From: Pseudoxanthomonas sp.
GTDB taxonomy: Bacteria; Pseudomonadota; Gammaproteobacteria; Xanthomonadales; Xanthomonadaceae
DNA length: 64,000 bases
Direction of reading: 5' to 3'
NCBI GenBank assembly: GCA_041919795.1
Contig: JAYRTC010000015.1
Coordinates: 23,721-87,720 of the forward strand
Shown here: positions 42,166 through 52,700 of the stretch, piece after piece
Layout of the letters: each line of letters begins with the position of its first letter
How positions within the stretch are numbered: position 1 is the first letter of the stretch
The notes under the pieces: model-generated
What the model was told of the DNA's origin: nothing
The model's input: only the letters and a program-made list of their open reading frames with translations
The model's database searches: none
Made by a program: the position numbers and the translations under genes

Positions 42166-44553
42166 TCACCATCGCAGATAGACGATTCCTGACACCTTGG
42201 GTGCCTGGGGCCGTAACGCACCAAGCGGCCCGATATTGATGGACACACGAGGAAAGCCGGGCTTCTCGAAATCCAACCGATCCGCATCTCCAGATAATCG
42301 ATGAGCGACGAGCAAAAAGCCCAAGCGACCCATGTCGTTCTTGATTGAAGCGCGCACCTCTTCCTCACCCACATCCCAGTATTCGAGGACCGCCGCCGCC
42401 GGGCCGTGGAGGGAGTCAAGCCCATGCTGAGAGCGCACATGGTATGGAAAGCCCGGATGATAGCCGCCCAAAATAGCAGGCAATAGGCGCGGGGCGAATT
42501 TAGACACGCGCAAAGCCGACATTGCGGTCGCTGCCGAAGGGGTGTCAATCTCGGTTGCCATCGCAGCGCCCGGGTTCAATGCCGCAATCCACCTCCTGGC
42601 CTCGCGATCGGTCAACAGCTTCGTTCCCATTAGCCATGAGCCATCCATGCTCAGGTGTGAACTGTCGTAGTACACCGGCCGACCATCAACATAGGGACTG
42701 CACATGCCGTTGTCGCAAATGAGGTGGCGAATGTCCAGATAGGTCACTTGGTGATCTTGGCGCGCCAGTGATGCCAGATACCGGTTTATATTGCTATCGC
42801 CTTGATCGGCAACGACCAAGTGATCTCCGCAATCAAGACCCCCGATACGCAATCCTCGCAGCTCGCACTTGCGGTTGTAGCCGGCGAAATGCGGTGCTTC
42901 GCCGATAATCACTACGCGGACGCCCTTGGTGGTGAGGGCCGCAATCGTGTCTTGCAAGTCCTTGCGAAAGCCGGCGTTCGCATCGTAGACACTCCACGCA
43001 CCGCTGATGATCACCGTGCGAATCGCACCCGACAGGAGTACCTGCCGCATGTACGGCCGGAACTGGTCACAACCAGCCTTGTAACGCGATCCACCGTAAT
43101 CGCCACCGAACACGGGTGGGCAGGAGGAGTGGGTGGCATTTCGGAATCTGAAGCCATCGCGCTTCGCCAGTTGCCCGATCACGCCGATGTAATGGGCAGC
43201 CTCGGAATCGCCCCACAGCAGCATCCCCGTCGTGACTGCGAGTTCACCCTGCCCAGGCGCCGGAATTATGCATCGTGGGGAGTACAGGATGTTCGGATCG
43301 AACGCCGAGAGTTGGCAATTGTAAGAAAATTCATAGGCGGGGGCAGTGTGCTGCTCCACCAATGCGCGCCCCTCGCGATAGCCAGGAGCCAATTCAATCA
43401 TCGAACGCAGGCCGCCGCTGTACCAAATCGCGCCTGTCATCACGCAGAGCACGGCGCTCGGCGCCGCATACAGCGCGATCGCTTGCTTGAGACGGCCACC
43501 GCGCCAGTGCCGCGCAGGTAATTCGACCCAGCGATAGCTCGCATACGCCAGCGCGAACATCGCTACGATGGCGCCGGCGATCCACGGGCCTTCCACTTCG
43601 CCGAGGAAGTAGCGGAGGAAGGCGAGGATCGGCCAATGCCAGAGGTAGAGCGAATACGAGATCAGGCCAATAAACACCATCGGCCGGGGCGTGAGCACCC
43701 AAGCTACCAAGCGCGAGCTCATCCCGCCGGCCAACATCAGCAGCGCCGCGCCGACGCAGGGATAGATAGCATTGATGCCCGGGAACGTCGAGTTGTCGTC
43801 GAGTGCGTACAACGACCAGGCGATCAATCCGAAGCCCGCAGTGGCAAGGGCTTCCACGGTCACGCGCCACCCATCGCCCGCCGGATCCCGGGGCTTACGC
43901 ATCCATAGCGCAAGCAACGCGCCTACCATCAGCTCGCCCGCACGCGCTGGCAACATGTAGTACGCGAACTTCTGTGCAGAGATACTGGTCATCTCGCCGA
44001 TGGCGAATGATGCCACGCAGATCGCCGCCGCGATGGCCAGTGCCGCGACACGCCGGCTTCGCACCATCGATGCGAGAAGCAGCACGCTCGGCCAGAGGAA
44101 GTAAAACTGTTCTTCCACGCCCAGCGACCAGGTGTGCAGCAGCGGTACTTCACTGGCCGAGTCCGCGAAATAACCAGTGTCGAGGTAACGCCAGAAGTAG
44201 ACATTGGAGAGCGAGAACACTCCCCACAACGCCGATTTTCCAAGTGCGAGCAGTTCTTCCGGCAACAGCAGCAGCGCGCCTGCGACCAAGGTGACCGCAG
44301 TCATCACCAGGAACGCCGGTGCGATGCGCCGGATCCGCCGCAAATAAAACTCGGCGAAGGAGAACCGGCCGTCCTCCATCTCGCTCCAGATGTTGCGGGT
44401 GATTAGATAGCCGGAGATGACAAAAAAGATGTCAACGCCGACGTAGCCCCCCGGCATCCATGCCTTGTTGAGGTGGTAGATGACGACGCTGAGGACGGCG
44501 ACGGCGCGCAGACCATCGATGTCGGGCCGGTAGACGGTCCCGATCTTGCGCAT
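42166..44553 (-). CDS. OafA/YrhL-type acyltransferase-3 with SGNH domain and an extra ~150-aa C-terminal extension
   Basis: RPDIDGLRAVAVLSVVIYH and VDIFFVISGYLIT (AT3). About 10 TM segments. SGNH part (WGDSEAAH...DSSHLS). An alternative start exists at 44625. Confidence 0.85.
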   Translation of the reverse strand: MRKIGTVYRPDIDGLRAVAVLSVVIYHLNKAWMPGGYVGVDIFFVISGYLITRNIWSEMEDGRFSFAEFYLRRIRRIAPAFLVMTAVTLVAGALLLLPEELLALGKSALWGVFSLSNVYFWRYLDTGYFADSASEVPLLHTWSLGVEEQFYFLWPSVLLLASMVRSRRVAALAIAAAICVASFAIGEMTSISAQKFAYYMLPARAGELMVGALLALWMRKPRDPAGDGWRVTVEALATAGFGLIAWSLYALDDNSTFPGINAIYPCVGAALLMLAGGMSSRLVAWVLTPRPMVFIGLISYSLYLWHWPILAFLRYFLGEVEGPWIAGAIVAMFALAYASYRWVELPARHWRGGRLKQAIALYAAPSAVLCVMTGAIWYSGGLRSMIELAPGYREGRALVEQHTAPAYEFSYNCQLSAFDPNILYSPRCIIPAPGQGELAVTTGMLLWGDSEAAHYIGVIGQLAKRDGFRFRNATHSSCPPVFGGDYGGSRYKAGCDQFRPYMRQVLLSGAIRTVIISGAWSVYDANAGFRKDLQDTIAALTTKGVRVVIIGEAPHFAGYNRKCELRGLRIGGLDCGDHLVVADQGDSNINRYLASLARQDHQVTYLDIRHLICDNGMCSPYVDGRPVYYDSSHLSMDGSWLMGTKLLTDREARRWIAALNPGAAMATEIDTPSAATAMSALRVSKFAPRLLPAILGGYHPGFPYHVRSQHGLDSLHGPAAAVLEYWDVGEEEVRASIKNDMGRLGFLLVAHRLSGDADRLDFEKPGFPRVSINIGPLGALRPQAPKVSGIVYLRW

Positions 44554-44638
44554 TGTGGTCGCAACCGAGCCGCGCTCGACATCCGCACCCGCTGGCGCCA
44601 TCACTGCCACCCCTGACATTTCCATGGCCTTCAGGCCA

Positions 44639-45112
44639 TCATTCCTGCCAGACGAAATACACCGTGCCCAGCGAATCGGCGGCGAGCTGCAGCTTGTCAT
44701 TCACCCGAGTGGTCGTCACGGTGATGCGCTTGCCGACGTTGCCGTAGTCGCCAACGAGGTCGTCGCCACGCTCGAACGTCTTGTAGCGCTTGTAGCCCTT
44801 GGCGGCCAGAAGGTCCTCGAGCTGCTTGTCGACACTGCGCGCATCTCCGTCCTTGAACTCGATGACGAGCCTGCGCAGCTTGCCACCGGGCACGTCTTCG
44901 GCCGTACGCGAACGGATCGAGTACTTGAAGGTGGGCACGAAACCCGTCGGGAAGTCGGGGTTGTACGTAGCCGTGGTCGCGCCCTGCAGCGCCGGCGAAT
45001 CGACCGGCGCCGCGGCATTCCCGGCAGCGGTATCGACAGGAGCCTGCTGCGCAGGCTGGTTGCAGGCGACGAGAAGCAGGGCGGCGATACTCAAGCCGAT
45101 GATACGACGCAT
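44639..45112 (-). CDS. Hypothetical lipoprotein within the O-antigen locus
   Basis: MRRIIGLSIAALLLVAC lipobox. No family was recognised. Confidence 0.6.
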   Translation of the reverse strand: MRRIIGLSIAALLLVACNQPAQQAPVDTAAGNAAAPVDSPALQGATTATYNPDFPTGFVPTFKYSIRSRTAEDVPGGKLRRLVIEFKDGDARSVDKQLEDLLAAKGYKRYKTFERGDDLVGDYGNVGKRITVTTTRVNDKLQLAADSLGTVYFVWQE

Positions 45113-45194
45113 TTTGGGAGCTCCAACAAAATTCTGGGCCGGGCAGTATACAGCCCAGCGGGGTGGGGACCCCACCTCCCCCGAGACCGCGGAA

Positions 45195-47141
45195 TCAAAG
45201 AAGATCGCGGAAGATCCGGTCCAGACGGTCCAGGAACAGCTCGACCGAATACTCATGCCCGATGAATTGGCGCCCCTTGCGCGCTCCTTCCTGGAACAGC
45301 GCGTAATCCGCATTGCGCAGGATGTGGTCGCGCATGGCATCCAGCGAGGGGAAGACGAACTCCGCCGGGTAGATGTACTCGACACCCGACCAGTCCAGCA
45401 GCAGCCCCTGCCCGCCCGCCGCGAAACCATCCGACGGCGCGATGTGGAAGCTCTCCGGCAAATGCTCGTCGTCGCTGACGGACAACACGAACCCGGTGTC
45501 GGCCAGGGCCCGGGTCACGTCGACGTAGCCCTTGTAACGCACGTGCTCGCGCAGGCCATGTTGATGGATGTAGTGGTCGCACCGCTGGAAGTACGCCTTC
45601 TCCTCAGGGTCTCGCGAGAGCCACTCCGTATCTGCGGCACTCCTCCCGTAGATCGACAGATTATAGCGGGGATCGAGCTGGACGAGAGAGTGCAACAGCT
45701 GGAGCGCCTTGATCAGCCCCTTGCGCGACGGCACCGAACCGACGAGCGCGAGGTTGAACACGCGCGATGAGTCGTCGATCGAAGCGTAGCCCCCGGAACC
45801 CACGTGATTCGGCAGCAACCGTACCTTGGCCCGATCGAGATTGAAGATCTCGACCAGGCGTTCGAAATAAAGGACGGAAACCGCGATATAGGCATCCACA
45901 TTGTCGTCCTCGACGATGTGGCCAAACTGGCGTGAAAGCTCGAAGCGGTGCGTCCGGACGATGAGCCGCTGGTCCTTGCGCTTGTTGCGCGAATACCAGA
46001 CGGCGTTGCCAAGGAACCATTCGCAGAAGATCAGCTCCGCCCAATCCAGCGCGTCGCGCGAGGTTGCGGCATCGTGCGCGTTGTGGCCTGTCCATTCGTC
46101 CATGCGCACCTGGAATCTGCGCGACAGCGCAGGGACCAGTTTCTCGATGAACTTCAGGTCGTAGCCCGCGATGAGCAGTCGCGGCCTGGCTTCCTCGAAG
46201 AACCCCTCATAATCGTTTTTTCGCAACCGTTCCAACAACGGCGCCAGGCGCACATTCAGGCTATAGGTCGACACCACGCGCCAATGCTCGGACACGAAAT
46301 CCGAGAAGCGCTTGAACAATGCCTCATCGATGTCGCCCCGGTAGTAGCGGATCAATGCCTGTAATACGGTTTGCAGCCCGACCTGGAAACGGATCGCAAC
46401 GTAGGAAATACCCAGATGCGCGAGCTTGCGCTCGGCGGTGGTCCACACCTCGAGGTGGTTTCCCAGTTCGCGGGCGCCGTAGGTTCGCGTCGAAGATGCA
46501 ACGCGCGAGACCGCCTTGTTGTAGACGAATGTCGGATGGTCGATGTAACCGATCCGCTCGCACGCGGTAAGTACGTCGATGAGGAAGACTGTGTCTTCGC
46601 CCATGCGCAGAGCTTCATTCCAGGCGATGCCGTGGCGCAGCAGCAAGTCGCGCTTGATGAGCGAAGGAACGGTCGTGCTCTGCCTTCGCATGATCAACGC
46701 GATACGCTGCTTGTTGTTCCTCGCATCGTTGAATTCGGCGATGCGGTTCATCTCAACCAGCGACGCGCCATCATCGACGACGAGGAAACCGCGGACCAGG
46801 CAGCAACCATTGGCGACGGCATGCGCGTGGTGGACTGACAGCGTGTCTTCGAAGATACGATCGTCGCAATCGAGGAAGAACACGTAGTCGCCGCGCGCTG
46901 ACTGGATGCCGAGGTTGCGAGGATGCGAGGGAGATCCGCTGTTGCGCTCAGTCCGCAGCACTCGCCAATCCGGATGGCTCGCCGCTTCGGCCTCGAGGAA
47001 GGCGTGGGTGCCGTCTTCGGAACAGTCGTCGACGAAGATCACCTCGTACGGGTGCGCGAAATCCTGCGCACGCAACGACGCAATGCAACGTTCGATCTTC
47101 CCGATTGCATTGTGGCAGGGGACGATGACGGAGACTTTCAT
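45195..47141 (-). CDS. Two-domain glycosyltransferase (N-terminal GT2, C-terminal GT-B-like module A)
   Basis: GT2 elements VSVIVPCHN, IFVDDCSEDGT and FLDCDD. The C-terminal ~330 aa are paralogous to the N-terminus of the next gene. Confidence 0.85.
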   Translation of the reverse strand: MKVSVIVPCHNAIGKIERCIASLRAQDFAHPYEVIFVDDCSEDGTHAFLEAEAASHPDWRVLRTERNSGSPSHPRNLGIQSARGDYVFFLDCDDRIFEDTLSVHHAHAVANGCCLVRGFLVVDDGASLVEMNRIAEFNDARNNKQRIALIMRRQSTTVPSLIKRDLLLRHGIAWNEALRMGEDTVFLIDVLTACERIGYIDHPTFVYNKAVSRVASSTRTYGARELGNHLEVWTTAERKLAHLGISYVAIRFQVGLQTVLQALIRYYRGDIDEALFKRFSDFVSEHWRVVSTYSLNVRLAPLLERLRKNDYEGFFEEARPRLLIAGYDLKFIEKLVPALSRRFQVRMDEWTGHNAHDAATSRDALDWAELIFCEWFLGNAVWYSRNKRKDQRLIVRTHRFELSRQFGHIVEDDNVDAYIAVSVLYFERLVEIFNLDRAKVRLLPNHVGSGGYASIDDSSRVFNLALVGSVPSRKGLIKALQLLHSLVQLDPRYNLSIYGRSAADTEWLSRDPEEKAYFQRCDHYIHQHGLREHVRYKGYVDVTRALADTGFVLSVSDDEHLPESFHIAPSDGFAAGGQGLLLDWSGVEYIYPAEFVFPSLDAMRDHILRNADYALFQEGARKGRQFIGHEYSVELFLDRLDRIFRDLL

Positions 47142-47145
47142 CGGT

Positions 47146-49707
47146 TCAAACCGAGTAGAAGCGCGACACGAGGGTCTTGCCGTGGTTCCTGAGCAACAGC
47201 AGGAAGTTACGGCTGTCCGCGATCAGATCTCCTACCTCTCCATCGGATCTGTACTCGTACTTATGTTCCTGGCCCATCGCGATGATGGCGTCGCCTGAGT
47301 AGCTCGCATGCAGGAAGGCGTTGGCGATGTAATCCGGCGCCACCGTGCGGGTCTGGTCGACCAGGGCGAAATGGCTCGTCTTGATCGCCGCAGCGGGCCT
47401 CTCCGCGTAGCGTTCCAGGCAACTCCAGGACAGCACCGCCACCCCGAGACGATTGTATTGCTCGTAATAATGCGCAACTTCGATCTCGGGGATGGAATCA
47501 GCGAGTACGAGCAGCAGGCCTGCTTTCGGTATCGACGGCGCCTGTCTGTTGAAGTACGCGATGGCGGCCTGCGCCGATGAACGAGAATCCACGATGCAAA
47601 TGACAGTCAACTGCTCCCCACGGTCCACGAAGGGGATGTCGACGGCGCGCAGGATCGTCTTGAAGCGCTCCTTGTAAGTGTGGTTGGCGAGCACATTGTT
47701 CAGCGCGCGTGCGCGCATGTCGTCGATCTCTCCGGGCAGCAACTTGGCCAGCGCGCCCGGATCGCGATCGAGAAATACGACGGTGTCGCCGAACATCCGC
47801 TCCATGCCGACCGAATGGTTCGACAGGCACAGCGTGTTGCACGACATTAGCTCGAACACGCGACGCGCAAACATCGTCGGTGACTGCGTCTCGGTATTGA
47901 GGTTCAAACCGAAGAAACTCGACTTGTAGACCTTGTCGATTTCCGAATGCGGCACGGCCGGGCGAGTGTACTGCCTGTATTCTTCCGGGAACAAGTGATT
48001 CGGGTCGTCGTCACCGAAGAAGCGATCGTAGATCACCAAGCTTCGGCCGCTCGCGATCACCTCATCGAAGATCTGCCGCATGACCGCGCTTCTGTCGAGG
48101 TGGTAGGCATACCAACTGCCGGCAAATACCACGTCATCGCTGCGTTCTCCTGCCTCGACTGGATTGAAGATCCGGGGATTGGACGCGAACGGCAGGCAGT
48201 AGGCATGCTTCACGCCGTGGTCCTGTTTGTAGCGTTCGACGCACTCCGCGTCGGTGGTAAACACCACATCGAAACGCTTCGCAGTGTCGACGAAATTATG
48301 GATCTCGTCTTCGTAGTGGGATGGATCTTCCTTGTTCCAGAATACCGTCGGGATGCGATGCTCCCTGCAATACTCGAGAATCTCGAGTAGCTCACCGCGA
48401 TTTTCGTTCCTGAAGTTCGCACTCGTGTAGACGCGCCCCTTCCACGGACGTCGCACCGAATCCACGCCCGACCACGCCGATTCGCAGAAGAACAGATCCG
48501 GCTTGTCGCGCTCGAACAGCATGCGCCAGTTGTCCGGCTCGATGACGATCGGTCGAAACTCATCCTTGAAGCTGTTGTAGGTGAACTCGTCGCACAACAG
48601 CGCGACCCTGAGTTCCGATAGCTCCTTCGCGCCGATGCGCTCCTCGCGCCGATGCGGGCGCGGCGCGGTCATGTACGCGCGCATTTCCGTCGAAGGCATA
48701 CGACCCGTTCCGGATGCGGGCGTGCGCAGCAACTCATCCCACCGCCCGATCACCGCCTCGATGCCGTAACGGGCGCGCACGCCCTCGCGGATCGCGCCGA
48801 TGCGATCGCCAGCCTCGTTCTTCAGCACCGACTCGATCTGGTCGGCGGCCTCTACCGCCGAGTGCACCAAGGCCAATTCCGGGTAGATCTCCTCCGCGCC
48901 TTCCCAGCGCCACACGACCGGTAGCGCACCCGATGCCGCGCCCTCGGCCACCGCCATGTGGAAACTTTCGAAATCGGATGGCGACATGATCGATCCGACC
49001 AAGCGCAGCCAGTGCTGCACGTCGTTGGCCGGCGGGTCGAAGATCACGCGGTGGCGCAGGTTCTGGTTGCCATTGATGCGGCGATACAGCGCCTCGTAGT
49101 ACGCGCGCTCGTCCGGACGTTCCCACAACCATTCGTACGCCGCCGGATTTTCGCCCTTCACTCGTAGCGTGTAGCGGTCGTCGCGCCCGGCGAGCACCTC
49201 CAGCACGTCCAGCGCGCGGTCCAACCGCTTGCGCGATGGCGCGGTGCCGATCATGCCCATGGTGAACTCGGCACTGTCCAGCTTGCCGAGCGCGTAGCGC
49301 TCGCAATCCACGAAATTACCAAGGACGCAACAAATGTCCGGCGGAATCGCAAACTTCTCCACGCACTCGCGCAGGATGTGCGGACCCACGAACACCACCT
49401 GTTCGACGTTGGCCCAGTCAATTTGCGCAGGGTATGCGGTCCCGCGTTCCTGCAGATGCAGTCGGATGACCAGCTTCTGGTGCGGCAGCTTGTTGCGCGA
49501 GCAGAAGACCGCGTTGCCCAACGCCCATTCGGCGACGACGACGTCGGCCCAAGCCATTACCGATAAGGTGCGCTCGCGATCATGGACATCATGGTTCTCC
49601 CATTCGTCCTCGCGGAATTCGTAATGGCCAGTTTGCTCGAGCTGCACCTGGATAGCGTGCCAGAACTTCAGGTCGTGGCCGATGACTGCTACACGGATCT
49701 TGCGCAC
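47146..49707 (-). CDS. Three-module glycosyltransferase (module A, CgeB/DUF3880-like GT module B, C-terminal module C)
   Basis: 853 aa. aa 1-300 resemble the C-terminal half of the 45195..47141 product. aa ~365-690 carry FCESAWSG...PTVFWNKEDP...FAGSWY...MFARRVFELMSCNT (CgeB-like). Confidence 0.8.
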   Translation of the reverse strand: MRKIRVAVIGHDLKFWHAIQVQLEQTGHYEFREDEWENHDVHDRERTLSVMAWADVVVAEWALGNAVFCSRNKLPHQKLVIRLHLQERGTAYPAQIDWANVEQVVFVGPHILRECVEKFAIPPDICCVLGNFVDCERYALGKLDSAEFTMGMIGTAPSRKRLDRALDVLEVLAGRDDRYTLRVKGENPAAYEWLWERPDERAYYEALYRRINGNQNLRHRVIFDPPANDVQHWLRLVGSIMSPSDFESFHMAVAEGAASGALPVVWRWEGAEEIYPELALVHSAVEAADQIESVLKNEAGDRIGAIREGVRARYGIEAVIGRWDELLRTPASGTGRMPSTEMRAYMTAPRPHRREERIGAKELSELRVALLCDEFTYNSFKDEFRPIVIEPDNWRMLFERDKPDLFFCESAWSGVDSVRRPWKGRVYTSANFRNENRGELLEILEYCREHRIPTVFWNKEDPSHYEDEIHNFVDTAKRFDVVFTTDAECVERYKQDHGVKHAYCLPFASNPRIFNPVEAGERSDDVVFAGSWYAYHLDRSAVMRQIFDEVIASGRSLVIYDRFFGDDDPNHLFPEEYRQYTRPAVPHSEIDKVYKSSFFGLNLNTETQSPTMFARRVFELMSCNTLCLSNHSVGMERMFGDTVVFLDRDPGALAKLLPGEIDDMRARALNNVLANHTYKERFKTILRAVDIPFVDRGEQLTVICIVDSRSSAQAAIAYFNRQAPSIPKAGLLLVLADSIPEIEVAHYYEQYNRLGVAVLSWSCLERYAERPAAAIKTSHFALVDQTRTVAPDYIANAFLHASYSGDAIIAMGQEHKYEYRSDGEVGDLIADSRNFLLLLRNHGKTLVSRFYSV

Positions 49708-49715
49708 CGTTCCCC

Positions 49716-52700
49716 CTAGACTTCGATCTTCTGCAGCAGCGCATCGCGATCATCCTGCGCATCCACTGCGGCGAAATTCGCCGAGTCGGATGCGTAGGCC
49801 TTCGATGCGAAGGCCGGCGCAAGGCCGCCCTGCGCATCCAGCAATCCGCCAGCTTTCGTGCCTGCGGTACGCATTGCGGCCGTGTTGATGACCAACGTAC
49901 GCGAATCCAGCGTCCGCCCCCATTCGTACTCTGCGCCATCGACGGCCTTGCCGACGACCAGTGCACCGCTGTAGCGGACGGCGTGCACCGCATCCTGCAG
50001 ATAATGGCGACCGTATACCGCACGCGGCGACAGTAGGGCGACCACCGCGTCGGGGACGGATTCGCGCTCCCAGTCGATAAGTTGCGTAAGCGGCACCTGC
50101 GTGTCAGGTATCGTGCGCACATCGGGCCATTGGCCGTCAAAGCGGAAGCCGTTGCGGCACACGAGTAGCAGCTGCCTGCGGATATCGTCGGTGGTCTGCT
50201 GTCGCCCGAACGTGGCGAACGCCGCCTCCGCCTCCGCCTGGTCGGCGATCTCTGCGATCGCGATCAGCCGCAGGCCGCTTCCCTCTCGCTCGCCCATCAA
50301 CGACAGGATCCTTCCGAAACGATGGCGGTACGTATGCCGGGCGAGTACCGCACGGATGCCAGCGAGGCTGCGCCGCCGCCATTCCAGTGGATCGGTGGTG
50401 AGCACGCGTAGGGCGGCCTCGGCCTCGTCCTGACTCCTCACCTGCCAGACGATGTCGTCGCCGAATGTCTCGGCTATACCGTGTGACCATGTGCTCACGA
50501 CAGGCGTGCCGCAAGCCAGCAACTCGAACACGCGGCGCGAGAACATCGTGGACGAATCGTCTACCGAATTGACGTTGAGGAACACTTGGTACTCGCGGTA
50601 CTTTCTCGAGAGCGCGTCGTAGTCGAGCCGGCCGCGGATGTATGGCGCGTAGTCTTGAGGGAACGCGAACTCGCTGCGCGCGCCGACGTCGCGATGGTTG
50701 CGATCGTAGATATCAAGGTCGTATGCCTTCGCCGCTTCGAGCAGCATCGACTGTCCGCTCTTGCGGGCTTCGAAACCTTCCGTGTAATAGCTTCCGGCGA
50801 AGCATACCTTGCCGTTCCGGCGAGAGGATCCCTGCGGATTTTGCAGACTGTCCTCGGCGGCGAACTGCATCACCTCCACGCGCGCAGAGGTCTTCAGCCG
50901 ATACCTATCGATCGATTCCGCGGATGTCGTCAGGACCACGTCGCACCGGCTGGCGGACTCGATGAACGCATCGAAGTGAACGGGATCTTCCTTGTTCCAG
51001 AAGATCGTCGGCACGCCGCGGCTGCGGAACCCTTCGACCATATTCGCGAATTCATCGCCCGGCGGGTGCTCGGCACTGGCTACGCGGTAGCGCCACGTCC
51101 CGCGATTACCGCGCCAGGCCGACTCGGCCAGAAGGAAGCGCGGCGAGAACCTTTCGAGCAGACCTTCCCAGTTGTCGGGGCGGGTTTCGATCAGGTTCGC
51201 ATGTGGCGCGAAGCAGGCGCGTGAGAACTCATCCAGCACGCTCATGACTGGGATCGAACCATGAGGGCTCTCTTGTTCCCATCCGATCACCGCCAACTTT
51301 TTTTTTTGCTCCTCGTTGCGGGACAACGGATCTTCGTGTTTGTCCGACTTGCCTGGTGCGGCGGCACCACCCGACTTCGCGGTGGGCTTGGGTTTGGGTA
51401 GCGGAGGCAGCACGAGTTGCGCCATCGGCAGCGTTCCGTCCCGTCGCCGCTGGTACATGCGTACAACCCGCGCCACCGCGCGCGGGAATCCAATGATTCC
51501 GCGTACGCTGCCTAGCCCCAGCATCGCACGCCCGATCGCCAGCGCGATCGAATGCTCGTAGCGCTGGCTCTCCTCGTGCAGGCTCTGCGCGAGCGCGATC
51601 AACGCCTTCGAGCGCGCCTGTTCGGCCTCGAGCTTTGCCCAGTGCCCGGAACGCTTTTCCTGCGCCTCGGCGAGCTCTGCCGTCATCTTGCGAATGCGGA
51701 CATTCATTTCGTCCGCCGCAGTCTGCAATTCCTGCGCGCGCGCGCGCGCGGCGCCGAGCGATTCGTTGAAAGCGCGCGAACGAGTGCCGTCGGCGTCGTG
51801 CAAGGCCTTGACTTCGTCTTGCAGCGCCTGCGCGCGGTCGGTGGCGATGCGCTCTGCGGCTTGCGCGCTGGCCGTGTCGACCTGCAACGTGGCCAGCTGC
51901 TGCATCAGCGCGTCGACACGTCGCGAATGCGTGTCGACGAGCGACTCCTGCATGCGTATCCGCTCCGAGTGGTCGTCGCGCAGCGCGTTGACACGCTCCA
52001 TGTGGTCCTCTCGCAGCGTGCGCAAAGCCTGGGCGTGCTCCTCTCGTTGCGCATGCAGGGCCTGGGCGTGCTCCTCTTTTTTCGTGCGCAGGGCTTCGGC
52101 GTGTTCGGTACCGCTGTCGGCCGCAGCAAGGCGTGCGTTATCGAATGCGGCCTGCAGGCTGCTGGCGCGTTCCGCACCAAGCGCCAGAGAGAGCTCGAGC
52201 TCGCCTTGGCGCGCGACCAGCGCAGCCTTTTCGCCGCGCATTCCTTTCAGGGTGTGCTCAAGCGCGCCCCGCGCCTTCGCATTCTCCTGCGCGGCGGAAT
52301 TCGCCGCGTAGTAGCTTGTTTGCGCATCGATGGCGCCGGTTTCGGTGACGCGCAGCAACATGTCCATGTCGTCGCCCACAGGTTCGTCGGCGGCGCGGCG
52401 GTCAGCGACCACGCGGATGTAGCCGTCGGTAACTGCGATGGTCTGCAGCATGAACCCATCGACGATCGCTTCATGCAGGTGGCGGGGGAAGATCGACGAT
52501 TTGTGATCCGGCCATGGATGCAGGCCGTAGGGCACGGTGATGATGATGCGTCCACCAGGCGCGACGTGCGCGGCACCCTGGCGGATGAAGCGCACGGGGT
52601 TGGTCTGGTGTTCAACAACCTCGCCCATGACTACGGTGTCGTACTGGCCCTCTCCTAGCGCGGCGAGTTCGCCACAACGGAATTCCAGACGCTGCTGGAC

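Noticed and set aside
48852-48859. ops/JUMPStart-like motif (GGCGGTAG on the minus strand) that could mark RfaH-dependent antitermination of the polysaccharide operon.
   Set aside because: It lies inside the coding sequence of the 47146..49707 gene, not in a 5' leader. An 8-mer is expected by chance in GC-rich DNA.
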